Positions 52,526 through 63,688 are shown, numbered from the stretch's first letter. The stretch is DNA of 64,000 bases from an uncultured Pelagibacteraceae bacterium (GCA_902595815.1 CACJRL010000006.1:4612-68611); one strand, 5' to 3'. Translations and numbers: made by a program. The notes: generated by a model not told the origin, from the sequence alone.

Positions 52526-52655
52526 TATATATTCCTCTTGTTTATTTATTTGTTAACAAATAATTCAAAGTAATTTTTGAATTGACCAAGTAAAGCAGAA
52601 ACGAGGAAACTCATCAATAATAAATAAATCGCAAAATTTATGCTTTATTTGGTAG

Positions 52656-52732
52656 TGGCGCGCTCTGAAGGATTCGAACCTTCGACCTACGGTTTAGAAA
52701 ACCGTTGCTCTATCCAGCTGAGCTAAGAGCGC
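52656..52732 (-). tRNA. tRNA-Arg (TCT)
   Basis: Minus strand GCGCTCT/AGAGCGC acceptor stem, ACGGT-TTTCTAA-ACCGT anticodon arm, GGTTCGAATCC, CCA. Confidence 0.96.
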
Positions 52733-52756
52733 ACTGGTCTGATTTATAATACTAAT

Positions 52757-54166
52757 TTAATTTTTGAAAAGAAATTTTTTTAACAAAATTATCACTGATA
52801 ACAGTTCAATTCTACCTATTATCATAAATGTAATTAATGAAATTTTACCAAAAATATTAAAATTATAAAAATCTAGATTAGCTAAATCATACATTTCTGA
52901 GTTAACAGTATTCATAATTGTTAGAATACCTAATTTGAATGATGACTCAAAATCTAAATTTGAGATTGTTAGTAATGTAGAAATTAAAAATAATGAAATT
53001 ATGAAAATTATTATAGCAAAGAAATATTTATTTATGTCTGTTATATTAGCACCAATTTTATTTAAAGATAATTTATTTGAATAAATTTGATTTGGTTTTG
53101 AATGAGATAATAAATTATTAATTGAAAACTTTATTAAAGTTATTACTTTTATAACTCTTAAACCAGAACTAGTAGAAAAAAAAGATCCACCCAATATAAC
53201 TAATAATAGAAACACAAAAACTAGATTTTTTGGAATATTTTCAAAAGATATACCTATATTTGAAACACTACTACTTATAGATACTAATATATTTAAAAAA
53301 TTATTTTCATAATTAAAAAATATAAAAGATAAAACAATAACTATTAATAAATATAATAAAATATTAATATCTTCACTTAAGTAGTTAATATTTTTTCTTT
53401 TAAAGAAAATTAAATTAAATATAAAAAAAAGACTAAAAAAAGAAAATAACATTGTTACAGACAATATAAATTTACTTAATTCTGAATTAAAAGTTATATC
53501 AAAATTGTTATTAGGTAAAAATCCACCAGAAGATATTATTGTAAGAGAATAGTTATAGGCATCGTAAGATCTTAAATTAACTAACTTTAACATTATGAAT
53601 ATTAAAATTGTCATAGATACGTAAATTATTATGATTTTAAATACTTGTTTGAATATCTCTGAAGAATTTAGAGATATATAATTTGTTAATGATCTTTTTA
53701 AATTTTCATCAAACAGATCAATAAGTAATAATATTGAAAATAAAAAATATAAACCTCCTATCCATTGAGAACTTGATCTCCATAAAATCAATGTTTGATC
53801 TAATTTTTCTATTTCTTGAAAGATTGTAAATCCTGTGGATGTAAAACCAGATATAGCTTCAAAATAACAATTTATTAATCCAATATCTTCTAAACTAAGA
53901 TAATATGGTATGGAGATTAAAATAGGTAAAATTAAATAACCAATAAAAACAATTAGAATTCTTTCGAATAAATTTATTTTCTCATATTTGTATTTTTTAG
54001 ATATTATTAAAAAAAAACCACTAATAAGAGTTAAAATAAAAGTTAGAATATAATTATCAAGATTGCTCAATAAGTTAAAATAATAAGAATAAATAATATT
54101 AAAAAATGAGAAAAAACTGATAATTAAAAAAAATATACCAAAATACCTTAAGCAAAATATATTCAT
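52757..54166 (-). CDS. trkH: TrkH family cation transporter membrane protein (divergent)
   Basis: FEAISGFTSTG, LWRSSSQWIGG, GRIEL; adjacent to trkA. Confidence 0.85.
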   Translation of the reverse strand: MNIFCLRYFGIFFLIISFFSFFNIIYSYYFNLLSNLDNYILTFILTLISGFFLIISKKYKYEKINLFERILIVFIGYLILPILISIPYYLSLEDIGLINCYFEAISGFTSTGFTIFQEIEKLDQTLILWRSSSQWIGGLYFLFSILLLIDLFDENLKRSLTNYISLNSSEIFKQVFKIIIIYVSMTILIFIMLKLVNLRSYDAYNYSLTIISSGGFLPNNNFDITFNSELSKFILSVTMLFSFFSLFFIFNLIFFKRKNINYLSEDINILLYLLIVIVLSFIFFNYENNFLNILVSISSSVSNIGISFENIPKNLVFVFLLLVILGGSFFSTSSGLRVIKVITLIKFSINNLLSHSKPNQIYSNKLSLNKIGANITDINKYFFAIIIFIISLFLISTLLTISNLDFESSFKLGILTIMNTVNSEMYDLANLDFYNFNIFGKISLITFMIIGRIELLSVIILLKKFLFKN

Positions 54167-54169
54167 TAA

Positions 54170-55543
54170 TTATATTGAACTAATTCTAAACAAATTTTCT
54201 ACAAGAGGTAATTGATCCCTCTTAGCTAATAATATGACTGTATCATCTTTTTGAAAAATATATTTAGACGAGGGCAACATAAAATTATTATTTCTTAATA
54301 TTGCTCCAACTCTAATTTCATCTGGTAAATCAGCAGTTTTTAATTCTTTATTAACCAATTCTGATGTCTCCAAAATATCAGCTTCAATAACCTCATATTC
54401 ACCATTTAAAATTGTGTAAGCATTTTCTATTGTTCCTTTGTGAACATGTTTTAATATACTTGAAACGGTACTCATTCTTGGATCTATTAAATCATCAATC
54501 TTTAAAGATGACTGAAGAAGTGAATAATTTGGTTTGTTTACTAAAGCCATAGTTCTTTTATTTTTTGAAAATTTTTCAACAAGTACACTAACCATAAGAT
54601 TGTCTTCATCATCATTCGTTAACGCTAGTACTGTTTCCACCTCATCTAAATTAGCTTCATTCAATACATCTTCATCTAAACCATTTCCATTTATAACAAT
54701 TGTGTCATTTAAATAATTTGCAATTATTTCTGCTCTATTTTTGTCTTTTTCAATAATCTTCACCCTAGCCTCGTCAAAATTTTTTTCTATATTTGAAGCA
54801 AGATTAAAACCTATATTACCCCCACCAATAATAAGAATTTTGTTTGCAATTTTCTCATTGTGTCCAAAGACTTTAAGTGTCTCCTTCATCTGATTTGAAT
54901 TTACAATTACATAAGCTTTATCGTTATGTTGAAGTTTATCGTCTTTTTTTAATATTTTAAAACCATCATCCCTGATAACGCCTAATATATAAGCATTTAA
55001 GTTTGGAAATTTATTAGTCAACTCTTTTAATTTTATTTGGTGAATTGGGCACTTTTCATCAATTAAAATTTCTAACAATCTAAGTTTATTTTCTGCAAAT
55101 GGTACATTATCCAACGCACCAGGGGCTTCTAATTTTCTTTGTAATGATTTTGCAATTTCTATTTCAGGTGAAATAACATAGTCTATTGGTAGATTTTCTT
55201 TATTAAAAAGAGTTGAAAATTTTGGATCTAAATATTCTTGAGACCTTATTCTGGCAATTTTTTTTGGTACTTTAAATAACGAATATGCGATTTGACATAT
55301 AAGCATATTGATTTCATCATTTCTTGTTACAGCTATCAACATATCAGCGTCTGCAGTATTAGCTCTATCTAAAATTTCAGGAGAAGTTGCTTTTCCTACT
55401 ATAGCTTTTACATCAAGGGACTCATTAATTTTTTGAATATCTTCGCTTGATTGATCGATTACAGTGATAGAATGGTTTTGTTCTGTTAACAATTTAGCAA
55501 TAGTAAAACCAACTCTACCAGCCCCACAAATAATAATATTCAT
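54170..55543 (-). CDS. trkA: Trk system potassium uptake regulatory subunit
   Basis: Two RCK domains with GAGRVG and GGGNIG, ISPE. Confidence 0.96.
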   Translation of the reverse strand: MNIIICGAGRVGFTIAKLLTEQNHSITVIDQSSEDIQKINESLDVKAIVGKATSPEILDRANTADADMLIAVTRNDEINMLICQIAYSLFKVPKKIARIRSQEYLDPKFSTLFNKENLPIDYVISPEIEIAKSLQRKLEAPGALDNVPFAENKLRLLEILIDEKCPIHQIKLKELTNKFPNLNAYILGVIRDDGFKILKKDDKLQHNDKAYVIVNSNQMKETLKVFGHNEKIANKILIIGGGNIGFNLASNIEKNFDEARVKIIEKDKNRAEIIANYLNDTIVINGNGLDEDVLNEANLDEVETVLALTNDDEDNLMVSVLVEKFSKNKRTMALVNKPNYSLLQSSLKIDDLIDPRMSTVSSILKHVHKGTIENAYTILNGEYEVIEADILETSELVNKELKTADLPDEIRVGAILRNNNFMLPSSKYIFQKDDTVILLAKRDQLPLVENLFRISSI

Positions 55544-56898
55544 TAATTTAAATCCTTAACACCCAATAATTTTAGCTTTCTGTGCAGAGCAGATCTTTCC
55601 ATACCTACAAATTTTGCAGTTTTAGATATATTTCCACCAAATTTTTTTATTTGAGAAATTAGATATTCTTTTTCAAAGTTTTCTCTTGCTTCTCTTAATG
55701 GAATAGATAAATTTTCAGCAACTGAGAAAGTCTCATTTGATGATTTAGATAAAGACTCTTTAATAATGTCCAATATTTTTTTTTCATCATTTCCTGGGGA
55801 AAGTATTGCAATTCTTTCAATAAGATTACGCAATTCTCTCACATTTCCTGGCCAATCATAATTTAGAAGATAGTTATCATCTTTGATTTTGAATTTTTTA
55901 TAATTGTAAGTATTACAAATATTTTCAATAAAATAATTAATAAGTAATGGAATATCTTCTATTCTTTTGTTTAAAGGATCTATTTCTATATTAAATACAT
56001 TTAATCTGTGAAATAAATCTTCACGAAAATTTCCATTTTTTATTTCGTTATTAACTTGCTTACTAGATGTACAAATTATTCTTACATCAACTTTTATATC
56101 GTGATTACTATTAATTCTTTTAAATTTTTGATCTATTACAACTCTTAATATTTTTGATTGCGTTTCCAATGGAATTTCAGTCACTTCATCAATTAACAAC
56201 ACTCCACCAGATGCTTTCTCCAAAGCTCCATAAACAATTGAACCATCTTTTTTTTCCTCACCAAAAAGTTCTAACTCATATTTTTTCGAATCTAACAAAG
56301 CGCCATTAATAATTATAAATGGTCCTTTAGAACGTTTAGAATTTTTGTAAATTTTTCTTGATATTAACTCTTTACCAGAACCAGTTGGTCCACTAATAAA
56401 AACTCTACTTTCAGATTGTGAAAGTTTTTGTATCTGATCTTTTATGGAGGTAATATTTGCGCTCTTTCCTATAATTTCAAATGAATGGAATAACTTATTT
56501 GATAAAGACTTATTTTCTTTTTTTAGATTGATGTTTTCAACAGCTCTCTTTACAAAGTTTAATAATCTTTCTTTATCAAAAGGTTTTTGTATAAACTCAA
56601 ATGCTCCAGATCTAAGTGAATTTATAGCCATTTCAATATTTGCATGTCCAGAAATTATAATTACTGGTATGTCAGTATTTTTAGTCTTGATATGTTCTAA
56701 TAACTGAATACCGTCGTTATCTCCTTTATCCAATTTTACATCAATGATAGCAACGTCTGGTAATTTTTTGTCTATTTCTGAAAGTCCTTGATTAAAATTT
56801 GCTGCTAATCTTGTTTTGTAACCAGCATCTTTAATTAATTCCTCAAGAATGTTTCTAATATCCGCATTATCATCGATAATTAATATTTCTGTTGCCAT
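55543..56898 (-). CDS. ntrX: NtrX response regulator (receiver-AAA+-HTH)
   Basis: ISGHANIEMA, GPTGSGKE, no GAFTGA, WPGNVRELRN, GMERSALHRKLK. Confidence 0.93.
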   Translation of the reverse strand: MATEILIIDDNADIRNILEELIKDAGYKTRLAANFNQGLSEIDKKLPDVAIIDVKLDKGDNDGIQLLEHIKTKNTDIPVIIISGHANIEMAINSLRSGAFEFIQKPFDKERLLNFVKRAVENINLKKENKSLSNKLFHSFEIIGKSANITSIKDQIQKLSQSESRVFISGPTGSGKELISRKIYKNSKRSKGPFIIINGALLDSKKYELELFGEEKKDGSIVYGALEKASGGVLLIDEVTEIPLETQSKILRVVIDQKFKRINSNHDIKVDVRIICTSSKQVNNEIKNGNFREDLFHRLNVFNIEIDPLNKRIEDIPLLINYFIENICNTYNYKKFKIKDDNYLLNYDWPGNVRELRNLIERIAILSPGNDEKKILDIIKESLSKSSNETFSVAENLSIPLREARENFEKEYLISQIKKFGGNISKTAKFVGMERSALHRKLKLLGVKDLN

Positions 56899-56901
56899 AA
56901 T

Positions 56902-58674
56902 TTACTTTGGAATTATTATTTGAACTTTAGCACCATTATTTGTATTTAAAAATTTAATTGATCCGTTATGGTCATTAATTATTTTATCTACTATAGACAA
57001 TCCTAAGCCAGTACCTTTTTCTTTAGTTGTATAATATGGTTTTATAATATCTTTGGTTTTTTTATCTGTAAAACCTTCACCTGTATCTGTTAAGTTAACA
57101 GTTATATAGTCTCTTCTTTGATTAATTTCTATATCAATATTTTTCAATGAATTATTGGTTTTTTTAACTTTTTCCTTAATGCTCTCGATTGAATTTTTAA
57201 TCAAATTAAAAAATAATCTATTAAATTGTTCATTATCAAAGTTAATTATAACTTTTTTTCCAGTTTTATTATTAATGTTAAAATTAATTGAATTATCAAT
57301 TTTTTTTAATAGATCAATATTTTCATCTAGGACTTTAATTAAATCATTGTTTTTAAAATGAGGTTTAGGCATTCTTGCAAAATCTGAAAATTCGTTAACT
57401 AAATTTTCAATTTGTTTTATTTGCTTTAAAATAGTTTTTAAATTATTTTGATATTTAATTTTTTTTTCACCACTTATATCAGGTAAATATTTAGAATTAA
57501 GATTATCTATAGTTAATTGAATTGGAGTTAATGGATTTTTAATTTCGTGTGCCATTTTTCTTGCAACTGTTTCCCAAGCTTCATGTCTTTCATTTGAAAG
57601 TAATTTATCTTGCTGATTTTTCAATTTTTCTATCATCGAATTAAAATTTTTATTTAATAATTCCATTTCTCTGTCTGCTTTAAGTTCAGGAACTTTAGCA
57701 TCCAAATTTCCTTCTCCTATTTTTTCAGATGCGGTAATCAGGTTATTTATTGATATAAAAAATCTCGATGAAAATCTGATTGCTATTGTGATCGATAAAA
57801 ATAACAAAAGTGTTACTAAAGATATATATATAATTGCAAATGATATTCTTATTCCTAAACTTTGATTCTCAACAGTATAATAAAAATTTACTGCCTCTTC
57901 TGACTCTAGTAGATAATTTGATATATTTTTATCTAGACTTTTTACAACATAAAGAAAAGTATCTTCGAAATTTTGTAATCTTATCACGGCTGCAGATCTA
58001 TTTTCAGGAGCATTTATAATTTTTAAAGGTCTATCATCAGATTTTACCATTTGAATAGCTTTATCCTCAATCTTAATGTATTTAAAATCATTTGCTGAAA
58101 TAATTAATTCACCAGCTGAATTAATTAAATAAAGTTGATCAATATCTCTGATTAAGTTTTGAGTATTTAAGAATGCCTTAAATCTTTCTGGATCAGATTG
58201 ATAAATATTGTAATATTTGTTTAGATCGAATGCGATCAAGACTATTTCTGATTGAATTTTATTTCTTTTTTCATCAACATAATTTTTTGCAATCTCATAG
58301 GAATTATTAACAGCAGTTGTAATTTTTTTATCAAAATATTTTTCAAGAGCAAAAGAGAAAATAAAAAGAGAGAATATCGCAATCAGTAAAGATGGAATTA
58401 AAGTAAAAAGTCCAAATGATATAATATATTTTCTGTTTGCAACAGATCCTCTCACATTTATATTATTTCTAATTGAATTTTTAATATCAATGAAAATTAA
58501 AACAAAAAATAATAACAAAAAAATAATGTTAACAATTAATACTAGTTGTAGGTTTTGTTCATTCAATTCAATAAAACTTTTATTAATAAATGTTAAAAAT
58601 GTAATAAAAGATAGAAATATAGTCAGGAGAAATATTATTATAATAAACAAATTTCTTTTTATGAAAGATAACAT
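56902..58674 (-). CDS. ntrY: NtrY sensor histidine kinase
   Basis: TM-periplasmic-HAMP, AWETVARKMAHEIKNPLTPIQL, GTGLGL; upstream of ntrX. Confidence 0.92.
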   Translation of the reverse strand: MLSFIKRNLFIIIIFLLTIFLSFITFLTFINKSFIELNEQNLQLVLIVNIIFLLLFFVLIFIDIKNSIRNNINVRGSVANRKYIISFGLFTLIPSLLIAIFSLFIFSFALEKYFDKKITTAVNNSYEIAKNYVDEKRNKIQSEIVLIAFDLNKYYNIYQSDPERFKAFLNTQNLIRDIDQLYLINSAGELIISANDFKYIKIEDKAIQMVKSDDRPLKIINAPENRSAAVIRLQNFEDTFLYVVKSLDKNISNYLLESEEAVNFYYTVENQSLGIRISFAIIYISLVTLLLFLSITIAIRFSSRFFISINNLITASEKIGEGNLDAKVPELKADREMELLNKNFNSMIEKLKNQQDKLLSNERHEAWETVARKMAHEIKNPLTPIQLTIDNLNSKYLPDISGEKKIKYQNNLKTILKQIKQIENLVNEFSDFARMPKPHFKNNDLIKVLDENIDLLKKIDNSINFNINNKTGKKVIINFDNEQFNRLFFNLIKNSIESIKEKVKKTNNSLKNIDIEINQRRDYITVNLTDTGEGFTDKKTKDIIKPYYTTKEKGTGLGLSIVDKIINDHNGSIKFLNTNNGAKVQIIIPK

Positions 58675-58711
58675 AAACTATGAATATATATAAAAATTTA
58701 CAAATAAATAC

Positions 58712-59812
58712 ATGAGTGATTGTTTTATATTATTAAGTGCAGGAAAAAGTAAGAGATTTAAATCAAATTTAAATAAGCAATTTTTAACCTATAAAAATAA
58801 GCCTTTATTTGAGCATTCATTAAAAACAGCATTAGACTCAAAAATTTTTAAAAAAGTTTTAATAGTTTCAAATAAAAAAATTAAAAATATTAGTTATAAA
58901 AACATAGATGTAATAAAAGGTGGAACAGAAAGACATAATTCAACTCAAAATGCACTTAATTATTTAAAAAATAAAAAAATAAAAAATGTATTTATCCATG
59001 ATGCTGCTAGACCAAATTTATCAATTAAATTATTACATAGATTAAAAAAAGAATTAAAAAAAAATAAAGCAGTTGTTCCATATTTAAAGTCTGAAAATTC
59101 TGTAAAATATAAAATTAAAAATAAAATAAACAATTTAGATCGCAATAAAATTTTACTTACACAAACTCCGCAGTGTTTTAATTTTCAAGAACTTTTTAAT
59201 TTATATAAATCAAACAAAGAAAAAATTACTGATGAAGCTAGTTTATACTTAAGAAATAATAGGAAAATTAAGTTTATTCTTGGAGATAAAAAAAATTTTA
59301 AAATTACAACTATAGATGATCTTAATTATCTGAAATCAAATACTTATTATGGTATTGGTTTTGATATTCATAGATTAATTAAAAATAAAAAACTCTTTCT
59401 TGGAGGTATAAAAATTCCCTTTCACTCAGGTCTTCAAGGACATTCTGATGGAGATGTAATCATTCACGCAATAATTGACAGCTTTTTGGGAGCAATGAAA
59501 AAAGGTGATATTGGAACTTATTATCCAAGTAATTCCAATAAATTTAAAAATATTAGATCTAAAAATATGCTTAAGCCAGTTGTTGAACTATTAAATGACA
59601 ATGACTTTTCAATAAATAATATTGATATAAATTTAATATGCGAAAATCCAAAGGTTTCAAAAATTAGAAATAGAATAATAAAATCATTATCAGAATTATT
59701 ATCTATAAATAGAAATTTAATAAATTTAAAAGGTAAAACTGTGGAAAAATTAGGTATAATTGGAAAAGAACAAGCAATTGCGTGTGAAGTTATTTGTTCA
59801 TTATCAAAATGA
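58712..59812 (+). CDS. ispDF: Bifunctional IspD/IspF
   Basis: AGKSKRF, IHDAARP, QTPQ, KITT; then GIGFDIH, GHSDGDV, GDIG. Confidence 0.95.
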   Translation: MSDCFILLSAGKSKRFKSNLNKQFLTYKNKPLFEHSLKTALDSKIFKKVLIVSNKKIKNISYKNIDVIKGGTERHNSTQNALNYLKNKKIKNVFIHDAARPNLSIKLLHRLKKELKKNKAVVPYLKSENSVKYKIKNKINNLDRNKILLTQTPQCFNFQELFNLYKSNKEKITDEASLYLRNNRKIKFILGDKKNFKITTIDDLNYLKSNTYYGIGFDIHRLIKNKKLFLGGIKIPFHSGLQGHSDGDVIIHAIIDSFLGAMKKGDIGTYYPSNSNKFKNIRSKNMLKPVVELLNDNDFSINNIDINLICENPKVSKIRNRIIKSLSELLSINRNLINLKGKTVEKLGIIGKEQAIACEVICSLSK

Positions 59813-60300
59813 AAAAAATAAATTTATTAATATCAACTTTTTTTGGAAATGGATATATTTCAAAAATTCCTGGAACCTTCACATCCTTAAGTACATTAAT
59901 AATCCTTTATATATTGTTTGAGGTATTTCAATTTAAAAATCTAAATTATATTTTGATATTATTTTCTATAACTTTTTTTTATTCTTTTTATGCTGTGATG
60001 GATTCTGAAACTGAATTTGAAAATAAAGATCCCAGACAAATTGTGATTGATGAAGTGTTGGGTCAAGCAATGCCTCTAATCCTTATAGTATATTTATCAT
60101 CTAAAAATCTAATAAATATTCCTGTTGAAATATATTATTTGTTATCTTTTATTCTTTTTAGATTTTTTGATATCTTTAAACCTTTTCCGGTAAGTTATTT
60201 TGATAAACAACATAAAAATTTTTTTGGTATAATTATGGATGATATAATGGCTGGGTTGTATACAATGTTAATAATATATCTCATTTCATTAAAATTTTAA
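59809..60300 (+). CDS. pgpA: Phosphatidylglycerophosphatase A; start revised to ATG 59809
   Basis: PGTFTS, DPRQIVIDEVLG, FRFFDIFKP, GIIMDD. Confidence 0.92.
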   Translation: MKKINLLISTFFGNGYISKIPGTFTSLSTLIILYILFEVFQFKNLNYILILFSITFFYSFYAVMDSETEFENKDPRQIVIDEVLGQAMPLILIVYLSSKNLINIPVEIYYLLSFILFRFFDIFKPFPVSYFDKQHKNFFGIIMDDIMAGLYTMLIIYLISLKF

Positions 60301-60764
60301 TGAGTATTGATAAATTACACAAAAAATTGATAAAGACAAAAACCACTATATCTATTGCAGAATCTTGTACTGGTGGTTTGTTATCAAGTAAATTAACTTC
60401 ATTAAGTGGTTCATCAAAATATTTTAAAATGGGATTAATTACTTACTCAAATAATGCAAAAATTAATATTCTGAATGTTAAAAAAAAACTAATTGATAGA
60501 TATGGAGCTGTGAGTCAAGAATGCTGCAGATCAATGGTAGAAAATTTATCAAAATTATCAAAAAGTAAAATTAATGTATCAATTACTGGTGTTGCTGGCC
60601 CTAAAGGTGGTACAATAAATAAACCTGTGGGTCTTGTATTTATTGGTATTAAAAAAGGAAATAAAATTTTTATTATCAAAAATTTATTTGGAAAAAAGAA
60701 AAGATCAATTATACAAAATAATACAGTTAAAAAATGTATAAATTTATTGATAAAAATTATTTAG
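60300..60764 (+). CDS. CinA/PncC family protein (NMN deamidase-like)
   Basis: AESCTGG, GSS, YSN, GAVS, SITGVAGPKGG, KPVG. Confidence 0.92.
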   Translation: MSIDKLHKKLIKTKTTISIAESCTGGLLSSKLTSLSGSSKYFKMGLITYSNNAKINILNVKKKLIDRYGAVSQECCRSMVENLSKLSKSKINVSITGVAGPKGGTINKPVGLVFIGIKKGNKIFIIKNLFGKKKRSIIQNNTVKKCINLLIKII

Positions 60765-60771
60765 TTATAAA

Positions 60772-61209
60772 TTACAAACTTTCTGCTCTTTTTTGAAATG
60801 CATCAGCTATTTTATTAAGCCCGTATTGAAAAGATTTCGACATTATAATATTAAGAAATTTATTCTTAATTTCAAAATCGACATCAAAATGTACTTCGGT
60901 AAAATTATCTTTCTCAACAAATCTCCAATTATTTTCTAAATAATTTAAAGGACCATCAATATTAGTCACGTGAATATGATCATTTTTTTTATCATACATA
61001 ACATCACTTTTATAAGTGTCAGTAAAAGGTTTTTTACCAATAGTTAAATCTGCGATAATTTTTATACAATCTTCAACTTCTTTTTTCTCATAAACCTTAG
61101 AATCTATACAAAATGGAATAAATTCAGGATACTTTTCAATATCTAAAACAAAATTAATAAGTGTTTTTTTATCGCGTTCTATTAATCGCGTTACTGATGC
61201 TTTTGGCAT
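60772..61209 (-). CDS. RatA/Coq10 START-domain protein
   Basis: VLDIEKYPEFIPFC, DGP..LENNWRF, AFQKRA; downstream of lipA. Confidence 0.88.
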   Translation of the reverse strand: MPKASVTRLIERDKKTLINFVLDIEKYPEFIPFCIDSKVYEKKEVEDCIKIIADLTIGKKPFTDTYKSDVMYDKKNDHIHVTNIDGPLNYLENNWRFVEKDNFTEVHFDVDFEIKNKFLNIIMSKSFQYGLNKIADAFQKRAESL

Positions 61210-61213
61210 TCAA

Positions 61214-62140
61214 TTAATTATGTCTGTTTTTTTTTAATTTGGCAAAATCTTCATCAGCGTGATATGAAGATCTAGTTAATGGTGAAGATGAAACTAATAA
61301 AAAACCCTTTGACTTTGCTATTATTTCTAGATCTTTAAATTCATCTGGATGATAATATCTATCTAAAGGATGATGTTTTGCCGTTGGTTGAAGGTATTGA
61401 CCAATTGTTAAAAAGTCAACATTTGCAGATCTTAAATCATCCATTACTTGGATCACTTCATCTTTTTCCTCACCCAAACCAACCATTATGCCTGACTTAG
61501 TAAAAACTTGTTTATTATCTTTTTTTGCATTTTTAAGAAGTTCTAAAGATGAAAAATATCTAGCACCAGGTCTAACCTTTACGTATAATCTTGGAACTGT
61601 TTCAATATTATGATTAAAAACGTCAGGGTATGCACTTAAAATAATTTTATAAGAGTCACCTTTTCTAAGAAAATCCGGCGTTAAGACTTCTATTGTAGTA
61701 TTTGGATTTTTTTTTCTAGTAATTTCTACAACTTCTTTAAAATGAGTAGATCCACCATCTGGTAAATCATCTCTATCAACAGATGTAATTACAACATGCC
61801 TTAAATTTAATTTTTTAACTGCATTTGCAATTTTTATTGGTTCAAATTGATCCAATTTTTCGGGTTTCCCAGTTTTAACATCACAAAACGCACAAGCTCT
61901 TGTGCAAGTGTCACCCATTATCATAAATGTTGCATGTCTTTTACTCCAACATTCAGTGATATTGGGACAGTTTGCTTCCTGGCAAACAGTGACTAAATTG
62001 TTTTGATTAACTACAGTTTTGGTTAAAAAAAATTCCTTACTATCTGATAGTCTGGATCTAATCCAGGCTGGTTTCTTTTTAATTGGATTAACTGGATTTT
62101 TAACTTTTTCAGGGTGTCTTGGTCTAATTTTGTCCATCAT
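61214..62140 (-). CDS. lipA: Lipoyl synthase
   Basis: [34 protein letters not shown]. Confidence 0.98.
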   Translation of the reverse strand: MMDKIRPRHPEKVKNPVNPIKKKPAWIRSRLSDSKEFFLTKTVVNQNNLVTVCQEANCPNITECWSKRHATFMIMGDTCTRACAFCDVKTGKPEKLDQFEPIKIANAVKKLNLRHVVITSVDRDDLPDGGSTHFKEVVEITRKKNPNTTIEVLTPDFLRKGDSYKIILSAYPDVFNHNIETVPRLYVKVRPGARYFSSLELLKNAKKDNKQVFTKSGIMVGLGEEKDEVIQVMDDLRSANVDFLTIGQYLQPTAKHHPLDRYYHPDEFKDLEIIAKSKGFLLVSSSPLTRSSYHADEDFAKLKKNRHN

Positions 62141-62429
62141 GTTTTATTATATAAGTAGTCTCTCCATCTTTTCCAAATAAAAATTTGTCTCGTATCAAAA
62201 CTTCAATAAAATCAAGGTCTATATCTTTAGTTAATAAAGAGTTTTTGTGCTCCAATTCTTGAATTTTAAAATTCAAATCTGTTTGTTTTATCTTCAATTC
62301 TTCATAAATTTCTTTTTTTTTTAAATAAGAGATTAGACCTCTATCACCACCTAATAAATTAAAAAAAAAGTAAATAAATAGAAATGTTATAATTAAAATA
62401 AAATAATTTTTTTTTATTTTTTCAAACAT
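62124..62429 (-). CDS. ftsB: Septum formation initiator (FtsB/DivIC family)
   Basis: TM, GDRG, coiled coil, DLDFIE; immediately downstream of eno. Confidence 0.8.
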   Translation of the reverse strand: MFEKIKKNYFILIITFLFIYFFFNLLGGDRGLISYLKKKEIYEELKIKQTDLNFKIQELEHKNSLLTKDIDLDFIEVLIRDKFLFGKDGETTYIIKHDGQN

Positions 62430-63688
62430 TAATTAAGAATATGCATTTTTGATTTTTTTCCAAGTTCTTGTTCAATTCTTATTAATTGGTTATATTTTGA
62501 AACTCTCTCCGATCTTGCTAATGACCCAGTTTTAATCTGATTAGAATCAGTTCCTACAGCAAAATCTGCAATAAATGTATCCTCGCTATCACCAGATCTA
62601 TGTGAAATTATAGTTTTATAACCAATTAATTTTGCAAATTTTATAACCTCAAGTGTTTCTGTGACAGTACCAATTTGATTTAATTTAATTAATATTGAAT
62701 TAGCTGAAATATTCAAAAAACCAATTTTCAATCTTTCTAAATTTGTAACAAACAGATCATCCCCAACAATTTGTAATTTATTTTTTGTTTTATTTAAAAG
62801 CTTTGTCCAAGCTGACCAATCATTTTCACCAAATGGGTCTTCAATAGACATGATTTTATATTTTTGCACAAGTCTAAGATAATTTTCTATGGATTCATCT
62901 ACACTAGTGTACTTTTTAGAGTGAATTGAATATTTTTTATTTTTAAGCAACTCATTTGCTGCAACGTCCAGACATATAACTATGTCTTTTCCATTTTTAA
63001 AACCTGATAAATTTATAGCTTTCACTATTAGTTTAAGCGCGCTTTCATTATCATTTATCATTGGAGCAAACCCACCCTCATCTCCTACAGAAGTAGAATG
63101 ACCCATTTTCTTGATTAAATCTCTTAATCTATTAATAACAATAAAACACATTCTAACACCTTCAGAAAAAGATTTAGCTTTATCTGGTCTTATCATAAAC
63201 TCTTGTATTCTGAGGCCATTATTTGCATGTGCACCTCCATTAATTATATTCATTAAAGGATATGGTAATTTAAAATTTTTATTTATTAGCAAATTTTTAT
63301 AAATTGGAATTTTTTTAATTTTAGAAGATAATTTTTTGACAGCTATAGAAACTGAGAGAATTGCATTAGCTCCAACTCTTTTTTTTTGTTTTGTTCCATC
63401 AAGTCTTATTAATAAATTATCTATCTTTTCTTGTTGATGAACATTAAAATTTTTTAACTTATTTGATATTACGTTATTTATAAATTCAACTGGTTTTAAA
63501 ACACTTTTTCCAAGATATTTTTTATTATTAATATCTCTTTTTTCAAAAGCTTCGTAAGTTCCGGTTGATGCTCCAGAAGGACAAATTGCTGATGCACTAA
63601 TATCTTTTACAAATACTTCTGTTTCTATAGTTGGATTTCCTCTACTATCAAAAACTTGTCTTGCAATAACTTTAGAAATTTTAGACAT
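62429..63688 (-). CDS. eno: Enolase
   Basis: [41 protein letters not shown]. Confidence 0.98.
   Translation of the reverse strand: MSKISKVIARQVFDSRGNPTIETEVFVKDISASAICPSGASTGTYEAFEKRDINNKKYLGKSVLKPVEFINNVISNKLKNFNVHQQEKIDNLLIRLDGTKQKKRVGANAILSVSIAVKKLSSKIKKIPIYKNLLINKNFKLPYPLMNIINGGAHANNGLRIQEFMIRPDKAKSFSEGVRMCFIVINRLRDLIKKMGHSTSVGDEGGFAPMINDNESALKLIVKAINLSGFKNGKDIVICLDVAANELLKNKKYSIHSKKYTSVDESIENYLRLVQKYKIMSIEDPFGENDWSAWTKLLNKTKNKLQIVGDDLFVTNLERLKIGFLNISANSILIKLNQIGTVTETLEVIKFAKLIGYKTIISHRSGDSEDTFIADFAVGTDSNQIKTGSLARSERVSKYNQLIRIEQELGKKSKMHILN

Noticed and set aside
60772-61209. RatA protein as a toxin-antitoxin toxin
   Set aside because: No RatB partner; the lipA-linked Coq10-like gene is a conserved housekeeping arrangement.
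600-63302. Many 60-155 aa ORFs antisense or out of frame to housekeeping genes (e.g. 3960-4391, 8028-8405, 16328-16792, 44859-45218, 52194-52556)
   Set aside because: Shadow ORFs lying within or largely overlapping well-supported genes, with no recognisable motifs.
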